Shown: positions 1 through 13,200 of the stretch, one piece after another | Numbering within the stretch: the stretch's first letter is position 1 | How the letters are laid out: each line of letters starts with the position of its first letter | Source: Mustelus asterias | Lineage: Eukaryota | Reading direction: 5' to 3' | Assembly (NCBI RefSeq): GCF_964213995.1 | Contig: NC_135808.1 | Location: 24,490,001 to 24,554,000 of the forward strand | Length of the DNA stretch: 64,000 nt | Position numbers and translations under genes: made by a program | The notes under the pieces: model-generated | Databases searched by the model: none | What the model was told of the DNA's origin: nothing | What the model saw: only the letters and a program-made list of their open reading frames with translations

Positions 1-196
1 CCCGGAGGAAACCCACACAGGCACAGGGAGAATGTGCAAACTCCACACAGACAGTGACCCGAGGCCGGAATTGAACCCTGGCTCTGGTGTAGTGAGGCAG
101 CAGTGCTAACCACTGTGCCACTGTGCTGCCCCACTGTGCCACCTCTATTAGGTCAGCTAACATGATTAAATCTTCATGCTAATTGGATATTATAAT

Positions 197-1073
197 TGTT
201 ATAATCCAGGTCAGAAACTCCAAGGTATTTTATGAAGTCAGCCTGGACCATAAGTTTTACACTTTGAATTTGGCTGGGGGAAGCATGAGATGTTTCACTT
301 CAGCTATGATTTAAATGACCCACTAGGGAGCTTTAATCAAACAAAGTTTATTTAAGAATACAGTTAACAAATAGAATGAAAATGTGCAATAACCTTTACT
401 ATTACAAACAAGAAAAAACATAACCATGATATTGTATAAACCTTAACACCGAAATACACTGTTCCAATACAACAAACATCCTTATAAACATACACCTGCC
501 TCAGGTGTAGCACAGAAAATAAGAATACTCACGCGGTTTTGCAGCTCAGCAATGCCTGCTGTGAATTAGTCCTTTGGATAGAATTGAAACTCTGGCGTCT
601 CAGCCTTGTAACTTCCAGCAGACGTTGCGGTAGAGATAAAGCCACTGCTGGCCTCTAGCTATTAACCAGCAAACCACTGACAGCAAAGTTTTCACTCCAG
701 GAAGGCAAGAAAAACTGCTTCCAACAAAGCAGAATTTCTAATAACAGGGAGAGAGGCACGGAAATACCGCCTTTCAGTCTGAAGTCCAAACACCTTCCAA
801 CTAAAAAAGCAGTGAGCAGCCCAAACCACTTGTCACCTGACCTATCAATCATTCTTCCCTCTAACAATTGAAAAGGGTTGTAAACTCGTAAAGCTCCAGG
901 ACATCACAGTAGACCCAGATTAAAAATAAACAAAACCCCATTTAAACCATTTAAGCAGCAATAAAAGGACACCTAAGCACAAAAGTTGGCAACAATGAAA
1001 AAAAACAGCTGCCGACAAACTGCAGAAAACATGATTTAAATAATACATTTCTGAAAGGCACAGTAGTGTCACA
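197..1073 (-). mobile_element. Probable solo LTR (paralog ~32615-33505)
   Basis: TGTTATA...TGTCACA termini, imperfect 4-bp flanks taat/tagt, minus-strand AATAAA near 350. No coding evidence. Confidence 0.4.
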
Positions 1074-1562
1074 TAGTTAAACAGGCATGCAACGGTGGTG
1101 ATTGGTGTTTAACATTTGTATCATATGCATGTTGTAACCTGAATCAATAATTGTGAGTGGATAGAGATAGCTCCCATACCTTGATTGGTATGTTAGTTAC
1201 TTGTAATCGTGTCTGAAAGCATAACTGCTTGTGCAATTCTGAATTCTGTACTCTGGCTGCCTTTCTGGGATCCTTGCTATATAGCTCGCATATCGAACAG
1301 ATGTCTGATTTGGTTTGGCTACATCAAGGGAAAAAAGTTGTAACAACTTGAAAAGGCTGATCACCAAAAAGCCCCACAACACAGGGCCGATCAGAGTAGC
1401 TTAAACAATGTAACTCCAGATACAGCAATGCCTGAGAGCCCATCACCTCTAGAATCTGCACAGGGTAAACTAGGCAGATCAGAATAGCTTAAACAGTGCA
1501 GCTCCTGATACAGCAATGCCTGACAACCCATAACCTCTAGAATCAGTGCAGGGTAAACAATG

Positions 1563-1651
1563 AATCGCCTGAAGAAGGAGCAGCGATACAAAAGCTCGTG
1601 ATCCCAAATAAACCTCTTGCACTTTAACTTGGTGTTGTGAGACTTCTTACT
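1563..1651 (+). mobile_element. Solo Penelope 3'-terminal fragment with a decayed hammerhead
   Basis: cctgaagaaggagcagcgatacaaaagctcgtgat...aaataaacc...ctttaacttggtgttgtgagacttcttact matches the element end at 14313-14403. The paralog at 33996-34084 retains CTGATGA. Confidence 0.75.
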
Positions 1652-2371
1652 CCAGAATCTGTGCAGGGTAAACAGGTCAGGTCAGAACAGCTTCAAAAGT
1701 GCAGCTCCAGATAGAGCAATTCCTGACAAACTATTGCCACAGTTCCGTTCACAGAGAGTCACATATGCAGTGTTTAAATCAGTCAGTCGCTGTCATTTCA
1801 ATTAAATCTTCCCAGATTCTCTCATCCTCTCTGCCGCTGATCTCGGGGCTGGTGTCCCTGGATTACAAACCAGACACTGAGGATGAGAAAGAAATACATT
1901 GCTATAGAGTGAGGCAATCCCAGCAGAAGTGGAACACCCCCAACAAAACCCCTCAGATCCACCCAACTCCCACATATACCAGAAGCAAAATCCATCAGAC
2001 CCCTAACACCTAATACTGCAGAAACCTGGAATTGTACAGAGAGTGTAGGGGTGAAATTAAAAGGGAAACCAGGAAAGTAAAGTGAGAGCATGAAAAATGC
2101 TGCCAAGAAAATATCAAGAAACCTCCAAGGATGTTCTCTAAGTACATGAAGAGAAAAGGAGAAGGAAAGGGTAGAGTCTGTTGGAGACCAATAAGATTGT
2201 CCATGTGAGAGGGTGGAGAATGTGGTGAGATTGTGAAGGCAACAGTGGCGTAGTGGTGATATTGCTGGGTTAGTATTCCTGAGGCCTGGAATAATGTTAT
2301 TGGAGGACATGGGTTCAAATCCCAGAACGGCAGCTGGTGGGATGTGAATTCAATTAATAAAATCTGAAATT

Positions 2372-2720
2372 ATGGGTGGCACGGTAGCACAGTGGTTAGC
2401 ACTGCAGCTTCACAGCTCCAGGGACCTGGGTTCGATTCCGGGCTTGGGTCACTGTCTGTGTGGAGTTTGCACATTCTCCTCGTGTCTGCGTGGGTTTCCT
2501 TTGGGTGCTCCGGTTTCCTCCCACAGTCCAAAGATGTGCGGGTTAGGTCGATTGGCCATGCTAAAATTGCCCCTTAGTGTCCAGAGATGTGTAGGTTAGA
2601 GGGATTAGCGGGTAAATATGTCGGGATATGGGGGTAGGGCCTTTGGTGGGATTGTAGTCGGTGCAGACTCGATGGGCCCAATGGCCCCTTTCTGCACTGT
2701 AGGGTTTCTATGGTTTCTAT
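2372..2720 (+). mobile_element. tRNA-derived V-SINE (HE1-like), full length (paralog 34805-35155)
   Basis: A-box tagcacagtgg, B-box ggttcgattcc, V-domain tgtggagtttgcacattctcc...ggtttcctcccac, CR1-type tail. Confidence 0.85.
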
Positions 2721-4280
2721 GAAATACATTGCCACTGTCTTTGGGAAACAGGGAGCAATGCTGACATTGCACTTAAAGAAGAAGAGTGTGAATTACTGCA
2801 TCAGATAAACATTGTAACAGAGGATGGATTAACAGATTTTAGAGTTTTGAAAGTCGATAAATCTCCTGGTTAAAAGAAGCAAGGGAGGACATTCAAGAGG
2901 CTCTGATCATCAGAATCATCCCTCCCGGGCTACAGGAGTGTGGAAGGAGATTAAAGGACTGCCAACATTACACCATGGATTGAAAAGGGAAGAAAAGGTA
3001 ACCTGAGTAATTATACACCAGTTAGTGTAACTTCGGTGTTGGAAAAATTATTGGAATCAATTTTGAGGAACGGTGCACACCTTCATTTAGACTAAACTGA
3101 ACTAAAATTTGGAAGAGGTAAGAAGGAGGGTTGATGAGGGCAGTGGGGTGGACGTGGTCAGAGAGATTTTAATAATGCTTTAGACAAGGTCCCACATGGC
3201 GAGCTGGTCAGAAATGTAAAAACACATGAGATCCAACACACATTGGCAAATCAGACCCCAAATAGCTCAGTGGCAGGAAGCAAAGGGTTAAGGGATTTTA
3301 GTGACTGCAAGGCTGTTACCAGTGGGGGTTTCAAAGGACCCAGAACTCGCCTTTGCTTTTTGTAGTTTATATTAACGAATTAGGTTCAAATGTAGGGGGA
3401 ATGACAACGAAGTTTGGAGATGTACAAATATTGCCGATGTGGGTGACAATGAGGAGGAAAACTTCAGACCGCAGGAAGATAGAGATGGTCTGGGCAGTTG
3501 GGAAGAACAGTGGAAAATGGAATTCAATCCGGAGCACTGAGAGGTGATGGATTTTGGGAGGATTAACAAGGCAAAGGGAATCCCCAATAAATGGGAGGAT
3601 AATGAGTAATGTGGAGGAACAGAGGGATCCAGGAGTGTATGTCCACAGACAGGGACAGGTATCAGGTCAGGACAGGTTAATAACATGTTTAGGAAGGTAT
3701 ATAACATACTCTCCTTTATTAGCAACGGCACAGAACAGAGTGGTTTTGCTCGAACTGCAAACAACACCAGACAGACGACAGCTGAAGCATTGCAGACAGT
3801 CTGGTCAGCACATTACACAAAAGATGTGATTGTATTGGAGAGAATGTAGAGGAGATTGTTTCATGTGGACAGGACTGGAGAATGTTCACTGTGAGGAAAG
3901 AGCGGATAGGCTGGAATAGGATTCTGTAGAATAGAGGAGGCCGAGGGGAGATTTAATTGGGGTGGATATAATTATGAGGAGCCATGGTAAATAGAGATGA
4001 CACGTTTACCTTAGCAGAGGATCAAAAAACCAGGGGCACAGATTTAAAGTAATGTTAGAAAGATCAGGGGGGAAATGAGGAAAGAGTTTTTCACCCAGAG
4101 GGTGGTAGAGACCTGGGACCCACTGTTTGAAAGGATGGTAGAGGCAGAAACTCTCACCACATTGAATCAATTCTTGGATGTCGAGTTGAAGAGCTGTGAT
4201 CAACAGAGCTACAGACCGAGTACAGGAAGGTGAGATTAGGCTGGAGAGGTCTTCATTACGATGGGCTGAATGGCCTCACT
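2720..4280 (+). mobile_element. Old degraded CR1 LINE (paralog ~35155-36710)
   Basis: Decayed RT-region motifs (gacaaggtcccacatgg; LFVVYINEL; ttttcacccagagggtgg). Confidence 0.7.
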
Positions 4281-4319
4281 GTCGATCATAAATTTTCGAC
4301 CATTCAACATTCTACCCAC

Positions 4320-4862
4320 ACAACACCAGCTAAATCCATCAGAGCCCCAAACACCAGCGAAACCCATCAGACCCCAAACACCAGCTAAACCCATCAGACC
4401 CCAAACACCAGCTAAAAACATCAGACCCCAAACACCAGCTAAAAACATCAGACCCCAAACACCAGCTAAACCCATCAAAGTCCCAAACACCAGAAAAACC
4501 CATCAGAGCCCCGAACACCAGCAAAACCCATCAGAGCCCAAAACACCAGCAAAGCCCATCAAATCCACAAACACCAGCAAAACCCATCAGAGCCCCAAAC
4601 ACCAGCAAAACCCATCAATTCCACAAACACCAGCAAAACCCATCAGACCCCAAACATCAGCAAAACCCACCAGACCCCCAAACACCAGCTAAACCCATCA
4701 GAGCCCCAAACACCAGCAAAACTCATCAGACCCCAAACACCAGCAAAACCCATCAATTCCACAAACACCAGCAAAACCCATCAGACCCCCAAACACCAGC
4801 TAAACCCATCAGATCCCCAATCACCAGCTAAACCCATCAGAGCCCCAAACACCAACAAAATG
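4320..4862. repeat. 29-30-bp minisatellite; resumes at 6457-6605 beyond the Copia remnant (paralogs 36750-37232, 38832-38980)
   Basis: Unit aaacaccagc(t/a)aaacccatcagacccc. Confidence 0.95.
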
Positions 4863-4870
4863 CATCAGTC

Positions 4871-6455
4871 TGTTCAGCCTCTCAGTTGCAGTCCAGTAAT
4901 AAAAGATGATGCAAGTCCCACTTCTTCACAAACTCACTTTATTCTCTTTTACAACTCCACATACATCCCCAACACCCAGTGCCACCTGTAACCCCTTTAT
5001 ATATCCCGGCAAGTCTATTAAACAATTAACATACAAATCTGGTCTAAAGTAGAAGGTTGCAGTTAGCCTTTCCGAACACAGTCCCCTTCCTCGACAGAAA
5101 ACACAAAGAACATTGTATTAACACATCCCCATTTTTTAAATTTATACAAAGATATGACCTTCTTTGACAATGTCCAAAGGTTTCTTTGAACTTGCCCCTC
5201 TTTTTCTAAAGCAATCGGAGAATTGATAACTACTATCAACCTTTTTATCTTTTGATATTTCATCATTGTCCAACATTTGCCTTAAGCTATGTCTATTCGT
5301 AACTTTTTCTCATTTACACTCTTTGTGGAGTGCAAACTTCCCCAAAGTGCTTATTGTCAATGTGACACTCAAATGGGTATTTTACCTAAATCCTCTAACC
5401 CCAAAATCTCTGTCAGTATCTGGGATATGAAAGAAGCCATATCCACTGCCTCTACACGGCGCAATGTCTCAGCGGCCAATGTGCTCTTTACCACTCTCCT
5501 TATTTTCTTTGTTTCCCATACAAGAAGGCAACATTTACCATTTTCCCCCAAAAGAAAGATTGTAAAACCTCCTGCACTTGAAAACCCATCACGCAAATTG
5601 GCGTAGGATGCATTATTATAAACTGTGAGTTTCAGGTGCCTAAGATCACCCAAAAAAGGGAACCTCAAAACACACTCCTACATTTTTAGTTTGACCAACA
5701 TTTTGTTTGCTCTCATTATGTCTTCCACCCGAGGACATCAAAATTACCGTCCAGTCTGGTCTGCCGAGCCAATTCAGTTCACCAATCAAACTTTGCTGTC
5801 CCTCCTTTTCCATTTTAAAAACCACTGCGTCCTTTTGTGAAGCCCGAACGTGAATAATTGCTCCTGGGCTGAGACTCTCCAAATAAGATTGCTGACGTAA
5901 AGTGACACCTGGCTCATCTGTCCAATTTCCAGCCCAATATATTTGAAAGCCCCTGAAGCCGGACTTCCAATCCTGAATTCCTTCCTCAGCCCAGAAATCA
6001 CAATGATTTCAAAATCACTGCTACCACTCCACAAAAAATCATCGGTGTGCATCACAAAGAGACCAGAATGTTTTCCTTCATGGTGCCAGGATCTGGTTTC
6101 AACTGGCAACAGCCTAACTTTAACAAAACTCCGACCTTACCAAAAAGTACCAAACTCTAGATGCATCATTTAGTCCATATCCACATTTATTTAACTTCCA
6201 GGATACCCATTCTGTGTTAGCTGCCTCTTTAGGATGGAGAAAAATGCCTCTGAAGCTGATGCCCCTGCAAAAAGGTAGCTTTAATATCGATAGATTTGCA
6301 TTCCCAGGCCTTTGTAGCTAACAGCCAAGATGATCTTTAAAATACCCTTTCCTGCCATGGGTGAATACACCCTGACATCCTGGTCTCCTAAATTTTCTTC
6401 AGATCCCCTTGCCACAAGCCTGGCCTTTGCCTTGTAGGTTCCATCAAGAAGCATC
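4871..6455 (-). mobile_element. Ty1/Copia LTR-retrotransposon remnant (RT, RNase H, PPT, 3' LTR 4871-5123), degraded, copy A
   Basis: Fragments seen across both copies: KAKARLVARG, IDIKATFLQG, MHTDDFLWSG, FKYIGLEI, LIGELNWL, YNNASYANL, RRVVKSTLAAETL, LRIDIVSLRQML. A purine tract precedes a TGTT...AACA-bounded LTR containing TATA and AATAAA. Confidence 0.85.
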
Positions 6456-7033
6456 ATCACCAGCTAAATCCATCAGACCTCCAAACACCAGCAAAACCCA
6501 TCAGACCCCAAACACCAGCAAAACCCATCAGACCCCCAAACACCAGCAAGTCCCTCAGAGCCCCAAACACCAGCTAAACCCATCAGACCCCCAAACACCA
6601 GCAAAGCTTATAAGTTCTACTCCACACCCCAAACATTCAGAAAATGATCAGACTCATCACAAAACACGACTGATGTTAAATCCTGTGGGAATGACAGACC
6701 CCAGTGGCCAACTTCAGGGAAAACTCTGGGAATTCTGACTTCCTTAAGGAAATTGAGCAGCTTAGCGGAGGCTGTCCAGGGTGAGATGTTTCCGGATGTC
6801 TCGACACCTCAACACCCACAATGTCTCCACCCTCAGACTGTACAGGAGCAGCCGTCTCCAGAAGGCCAGTCTCAAAACTCAGTGTTGGATTGGATGAGCT
6901 GCTCTTTAGTGACAATACAGCGAGAGACAGACACTGAGCTCACATCCCACCCACCAGATTGTACAGTTAAATCCAGCAGGAATATCCCAGTTAGAAGGAT
7001 CAGCTCCCAATATTTATCAACACAGTTCATACC

Positions 7034-7080
7034 TCAGGAACGCGATGAGGAGCTGGATGAGGAATCCCCACCATCAGAAG
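7034..7080 (-). CDS. MHC class I copy A exon 7 (Ser-rich cytoplasmic end and stop)
   Basis: Acceptor tttaacag, TSDGGDSSSSSSRS-TGA, then G|gtatga donor to a probable 3'UTR exon near 6904. Confidence 0.82.
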
Positions 7081-7219
7081 CTGTTAAAGGAAGGAGAGGT
7101 TTTTTAAAAATGTTCATTTCCACAGAGACAGAGACTGTGGATTTGAGAATGAGAGAGACAAAGAGAGACACAGAGAAAGAAAGAGGTTCTCACACACATA
7201 CTGACGGTGACACACAGAA

Positions 7220-7253
<34 letters not shown>

Positions 7254-10200
7254 TGTTTGATGATCAGCTTACTATTTGTAGGATTGTAGTCGTTCTTCCC
7301 TCTCCCTGTAAAACATGGAATGTTCAGTGAGTGACGAGACTGAGAGAAAATCAGAGACAGAGGCTGGAACTCTCGCTCGCACTGAGCCCCGACAACACAA
7401 TTCTGAAATCCTCACTCTCAGCCTGACCGGGACCCTCACTCCCACCCTGACCCTGGACCCTCACTCTGACCTGAGCCCCTCACAGATATCCTGAACTCCA
7501 TCCGCAATCTGAGACCCTTCCCACAATTCTCAGACACTCTCCCTTTATCTTGAGCCCCTTATCCTCCCTATCCCAACCCTGGGGCTCTTCCACCCACTCT
7601 GTGACCCCCCCCACACCAACCTGAGACCCACAGCCTGAGCCACCCCCACCCTGGAATACTCTCCCACAATCCCTCCCCCCAGTGAGGAGCTGCTATTTTC
7701 CCTCCAATTCCTACCTTTCTTGTTGTAGATGACAACAGCCACAATGATGAGAGCGATGAGCACGAGGACCCCGACCACAATCCCGACAGTAAGAGCAACC
7801 TGGGAGCGAGACTTTGGTTCTGTTAGAGAGAGAGAATCAGAGAGACTGAGTGAATCAGGGAGAGGGAAAAGTGAGAATCAGAGTGAGAGAATGGGAGAGA
7901 GTGGGAGAGAATGAGAGAGAGAGAGAGAGGGCTAGCATCTAAGAGTGAATGAGGGAGTGAATGAGAGATAGAAAAAGGTCAGAGAGTGAGAATGAGAGAG
8001 TGAATCAGGGAGAAAGAAAGAGAAATGTAAGAGTGAGAATGAGAGAGGAAGAAAGAGAAATGAGAGAGTGAATCAGAGGGAGAGAGTGAATCAGGAAACA
8101 CAGGATATACGACACAGAAACCGGCCATTCGACCCATCCAGTTGATCGTGGTGTTAATGTTCTACTTGAGCCTCCTCCCATCTTTTTTTCTCATCTAATT
8201 CGACCATTTCAACTCTATTCCCCTCTCCCTCATTTGCTTGTCTATCCTCCCCTTAAACTATACTGTTCAGTTCAGCCACTCCCTGTGGCAGCGAGCTCCA
8301 CATTCTCATCACTCTTTGGGTGAAGAGGTTTCTCATAAATTCCCCATTGGGTTTCTTGTATTGATGGCCACTGGATATGCTCTTCCCACAAGAGGAACAC
8401 TCTCGATGTGTCCGCTCGATAAAAAACCTTTCATAATTTTAAACTCCTCGATTAAATCAACCCTCAGCCTTCTGTTTTCCCGAGAGCAGAGACCCAGCCA
8501 GTCAATCCTTTCCTGAGATGTCCACCCACTTATTTCTGGAATCATCTCTGTAAATCTTCTCTCCACTCTCTCCCCTGACTCTATATCCTTTGTGTGAAAT
8601 GGTGACCGGAACTGCACACGGTCTTTAAATGTGGTCTAACCAAGGTTTGGCAATAACGTCCCTGCTTTACAATTCTATTCCTCGAGAAATCAAACCTGGT
8701 TTTCGATTGTATTTTGTTTATTGTCTAACCTGTAACTCTATGTTTACTGATTGGTGTATTTGTCCATCAAGATCCCTTTGTTCCTCAACCCTCCCTATTC
8801 ATCGTTAACTGAAAAATACCTCACGTTTATCTGTGCTGAACTTTATTCACCAACTATTTGCTGAAGTTTATTCATGTCCTATTAATTTATTCCAGTTCTC
8901 CTCAAAATCAAATAATTCCCCCAATTTGGTGTTAGCTGCAAATTAAGAAATTGTATTTTTGATTCCAATATCCAAGTTATGGAGTGTAAGTTGTGAATAG
9001 CAGTGATCCCAACACTGATCCTTGTGGAATGATGGAGGAACCCAGCACATCAGTGCAAAAGATAAAGCCGAAGTATTCACAGCAATCTTCAGCCTGAAGT
9101 GCCGAGTGGATGATCCATCTCGGCCTCCTCCAGTGGTCCCCAGCATCTCAGATACCAGTCTCCAGATCATTCGATTCACTTCACGTGATATCAAGAAACG
9201 GTTGGAGGCACTGGATACTGCAAAGGCAATGGGCCCTGATAACATTCCACCAATAGCATTGAAGACTTGTGCTCCACAACTTGCCGACCCCCAAGCCAAG
9301 CTCTTCCAGTACAGTTACAACACTGGCATCTACCCAACAATGTGGAAAATTGCCCAGGTTATGCCCTGTACACAAAAAGCAGGACAAATCCAACCCGGCC
9401 AATTACCGCCCAATCAGTCTACTATCAATCACCAGTAAAGTGATGGAAGGGGTCATCGACAGTGCTATCATGCAGCACCTGCTCAGCGACGCCCAGTTTA
9501 GGTTTTGCCAGGGTCACTCAGCTCCTGACCTCATTGCAGCCTTGGTTCAAACATGGACAAAAGAGCTGAATTCCAGAGGTGAGGTGAGAGTGACAGCCCT
9601 TGACATCCAGGCCAAATTTGACCGAGTGTGGATCAAGGAGCCCTAGCAAAACTGGAATCAGTGGGTATCAAGGGGCAAACTCTCCGCTGGTTGGAGTCAG
9701 ACCTGGTACATAGGAAGATGGTTGTGGTTGTGGAGGGTCAGTCACCTCAGCTCCACGACATCTCTGCAGGAGTCCCTCAGGTAGTGTCCTCGGCCCAATA
9801 ATCTTCAGCTGCTTCATCAATGACCTTCCCTCCATCAATAGGTCGGAAGTGGGGATGTTCGCCGATGATCGCACAATGTTCAGCACCATTCACGATTCCT
9901 CAGATACCGAAGCAGTCCATGTTCAAATGCAGCAAGATCTGGACAATATCCAGGCTTGGGCTGACAAGTGGCAAATAACATTCGTGATGGAATACTCCCC
10001 TCTTGCCTGGATGGGTGCAGCTCCAACAACACTCAAGAAGCTCGACACCATCCAGGACAAAGCAGCCCGCTTGATTGGCACCACATCTATAAATATTCAA
10101 TCTGTCTCCCACCGACGCTCAGTAGCAGCAGTGTGTACTATCTACAAGATGCACTGCAGCAATTCACTGATGATCCTGAGACAGCACCTTCCAAACACAC

Positions 10201-13200
10201 GATCACTTCCATCTAGAAGGACAAGGACAGCAGATAAATGGGAACACCACCACCTGCAAGTTCCCCTCCAAGCCACTCACCATCCTGACTTGCAAATATA
10301 TCACCGTTCCTTCGAGGTCACTGGGTCAAAATACTAGAATTCCCTCCCTAACAGCATTGTCACCACCACCTTCTCAAGGGCAACGAGGCATGGGCAATAA
10401 ATGCTGGTCAGCCAGCGACACCCATGTCCCACGAATGAATTAAAAAAAACACATTTTCCACTTTCTGTCACTCCGAATAACTCCCTTTACTTACACTCTC
10501 TGCTTTCTGTCCAAAAGTCAGTGAGTGATCCATTCTGTCACTCATCCCCTAACTCCACATGCTTTGACCTTGTCAATCAGTCCATCACGAACACCCTTTT
10601 CTATTACATTTGAAAAATTATATGATATTATATCTATTACATTACCATTGTCTATTCCCTCTGTTACATCCTCAATTGTGTGCAGTTCTGGTCACCTGGA
10701 TGTGGAAGCGCTGGAAAGAGTGCAGAGGAGATTTACCAGGATGCTGCCTGGTTTGGAGGGTAGATCTTATGAGGAAAGGTTGAGGGAGCTAGGGCTGTTC
10801 TCTCTGGAGCGGAGGAGGCTGAGGGGAGACTTAATAGAGGTTTATAAAATGATGAAGGGGATAGATAGAGTGAACGTTCAAAGACTATTTCCTCGGGTGG
10901 ATGGAGCTATTACAAGGGGGCATAACTATAGGGTTCGTGGTGGGAGATATAGGAAGGATATCAGAGGTAGGTTCTTTACGCAGAGTGGTTGGGGTGTGGA
11001 ATGGACTGCCTGCAGTGATAATGGAGTCAGACACTTTAGGAACATTTAAGCAGTTATTGGATAGGCATATGGAGCACACCAGGATGATAGGGAGTGGGAT
11101 AGCTTGATCTTGGTTTCAGATAAAGCTCGACACAACATCGTGGGCCAAGGGCCTGTTCTGTGCTGTACTGTTCTATGTTCTAAAAATCCACTTAGTGGAG
11201 TAAAACAAGATTTTCCATTTCAAAATCCATGCTGAATATTCATTGTTATAGGATTTGATTCTAGATTTTCATGAAATGTCTTTAATAGAAGGAATTCCAT
11301 TATTTTTCTGAATATTGATCTTAATCTTACTGACATAAACTCCCAGGATGCACTGGGTCCTGTCCTACTGTAATATTTGATTTATTGTCACATGTATTGG
11401 TGTACAGTGAAAAGTATTGTTTCTTGGAGATACTGGGCCCTGTCTATCCTCTATCCAAGTGGAGAGGATCTCCAAGAAGATCGCGCATATCGACACAAAC
11501 ATCAAGTTTCTACAAACATGCAAGAAAGCAGACAAGATACCGAAAGGACTACGGATCACGAACCCACTCAGGTCAACCTTTAACACGGACTACGCTGAGA
11601 GACTGTGCCATCGCACCTCTCTCACCCTCCTCAAACACCTCATACACCAACTCTACAGCAAACGCCACAGCCTGGAAACCAAGATCGAATCCATAGTCTC
11701 AACTTGCGCTCAGGACGCAGACCAGCTGCGAAACTCTGCCAAGCAGACGAGACAAAGGAACTACACCATCTACATGCACACCAAGAACAGGAAACTTGAG
11801 AAACTCGGCATCACCACCAGCAGCAACCAAGCCTCCCCCGGTACCACAGTAGAAAACAGTACCACTGCAGGAAAGTCCATTGTCAACCCATCGGACTACA
11901 CACTTCAGCCAGATGAAATCGAAGTTCTCAGCCGAGGGCTCAACTTTTGCCCCACTACCAAAATAGACCCCATCAGTCTCGCAGCGGACACAGAGGAATT
12001 CATCAGGCGAATGAGGCTGCGGGAGTTCTTCCACAAACCCCAAGAGGCCAACAGCAAACACAATGAGACAGCTAATGAACCGGAACAGCAGACAGAGAGA
12101 CCCGCAGTGCAACCGAAGAGGAAAGAGTCGAATTGGACTCCTCCGGAAGGCCGCTGCCCTCGACTTGACATGTATGCCCAAGCCATCAGGAGGTGCGTCA
12201 ACACCAAATTCATCAGCCGCACTCACAAGACAGCACCGAACATCACCCAAGCACAACGCAACGCCATCCACGCTCTCAAGACCAACCGCAACATTGTCAT
12301 CAAACCAGCAGACAAAGGAGGGGCCATCATCATACTGAACAGAACGGATTACTGCAAAGAAGTGTACCGACAACTGAACAACGAGGAACACAACAGACAG
12401 TTACCCACAGATCCGACCAAAGAACACACCCGTCAACTCAACACTCTGATCAAAACCTTTGATCCAGACCTTCAGAGCACCCTCCGTGCTCTCATCCCAC
12501 GTACTCCACACGTTGGAGATCTCTACTGCCTCCCAAAAATACACAAGGCAAACACACCCGGCCGTCCCATCGTTTCAGGAAACGGAACCCTGTGCGAGAA
12601 CCTCTCCGGCTATGTCGAGGGCATCTTGAAACCCATTGTACAAAGAACCCCCAGCTTTTGTCGTGACACTATGGACTTCCTACAGAAACTCAACACACAT
12701 GGAGCAGTTGAACCAGGAGCACTCCTCGTCACAATGGATGTCTCGGCACTCTACACCAGCATCCCCCACGATGATGGCATTGCTGCAACGGCCTCAGAAC
12801 TCAATGCCGTCAACTGCCAGTTTCCAGATGCAATTTTACAACTCATCCGCTTCATCCTGGATCACAATATCTTCACCTTCAACAACCAGTTCTTCATCCA
12901 GACACACGGAACAGCCATGGGACAAAATTCGCACCTCAATATGCCAACATCTTCATGCACAGGTTCGAACAAGACTTCTTCACTGCACAGGACATTCAAC
13001 CGATGCTATACACTAGATACATCGATGACATTTTCTTCCTTTGGAGTCATGGTGAGCAATCACTGAAACAACTATATGATGACATCAACAAGTTCCATCC
13101 CACCATCAGACTCACCATGGACTACTCTCCGGAATCGGTTGCATTCTTGGACACACGCATCTCCATTAAGGACGGTCACCTCAGCACCTCACTGTACCGC

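Noticed and set aside
2372-2450. tRNA gene
   Set aside because: The A and B boxes belong to a SINE head that continues into the V-domain and LINE-like tail; no full cloverleaf.
4270-4692. (PQTPAKPIR)n ORF
   Set aside because: Translation of the 29-30-bp minisatellite; the frame differs between copies.
6753-7289. 178-aa plus-strand ORF
   Set aside because: Antisense to MHC exons 6-7, runs through a CA microsatellite, and the frame is not preserved in copy B.
12900-12960. Programmed ribosomal frameshift in Penelope
   Set aside because: Penelope elements encode a single ORF and the break falls inside a conserved RT motif, so an inactivating indel is the simpler explanation.
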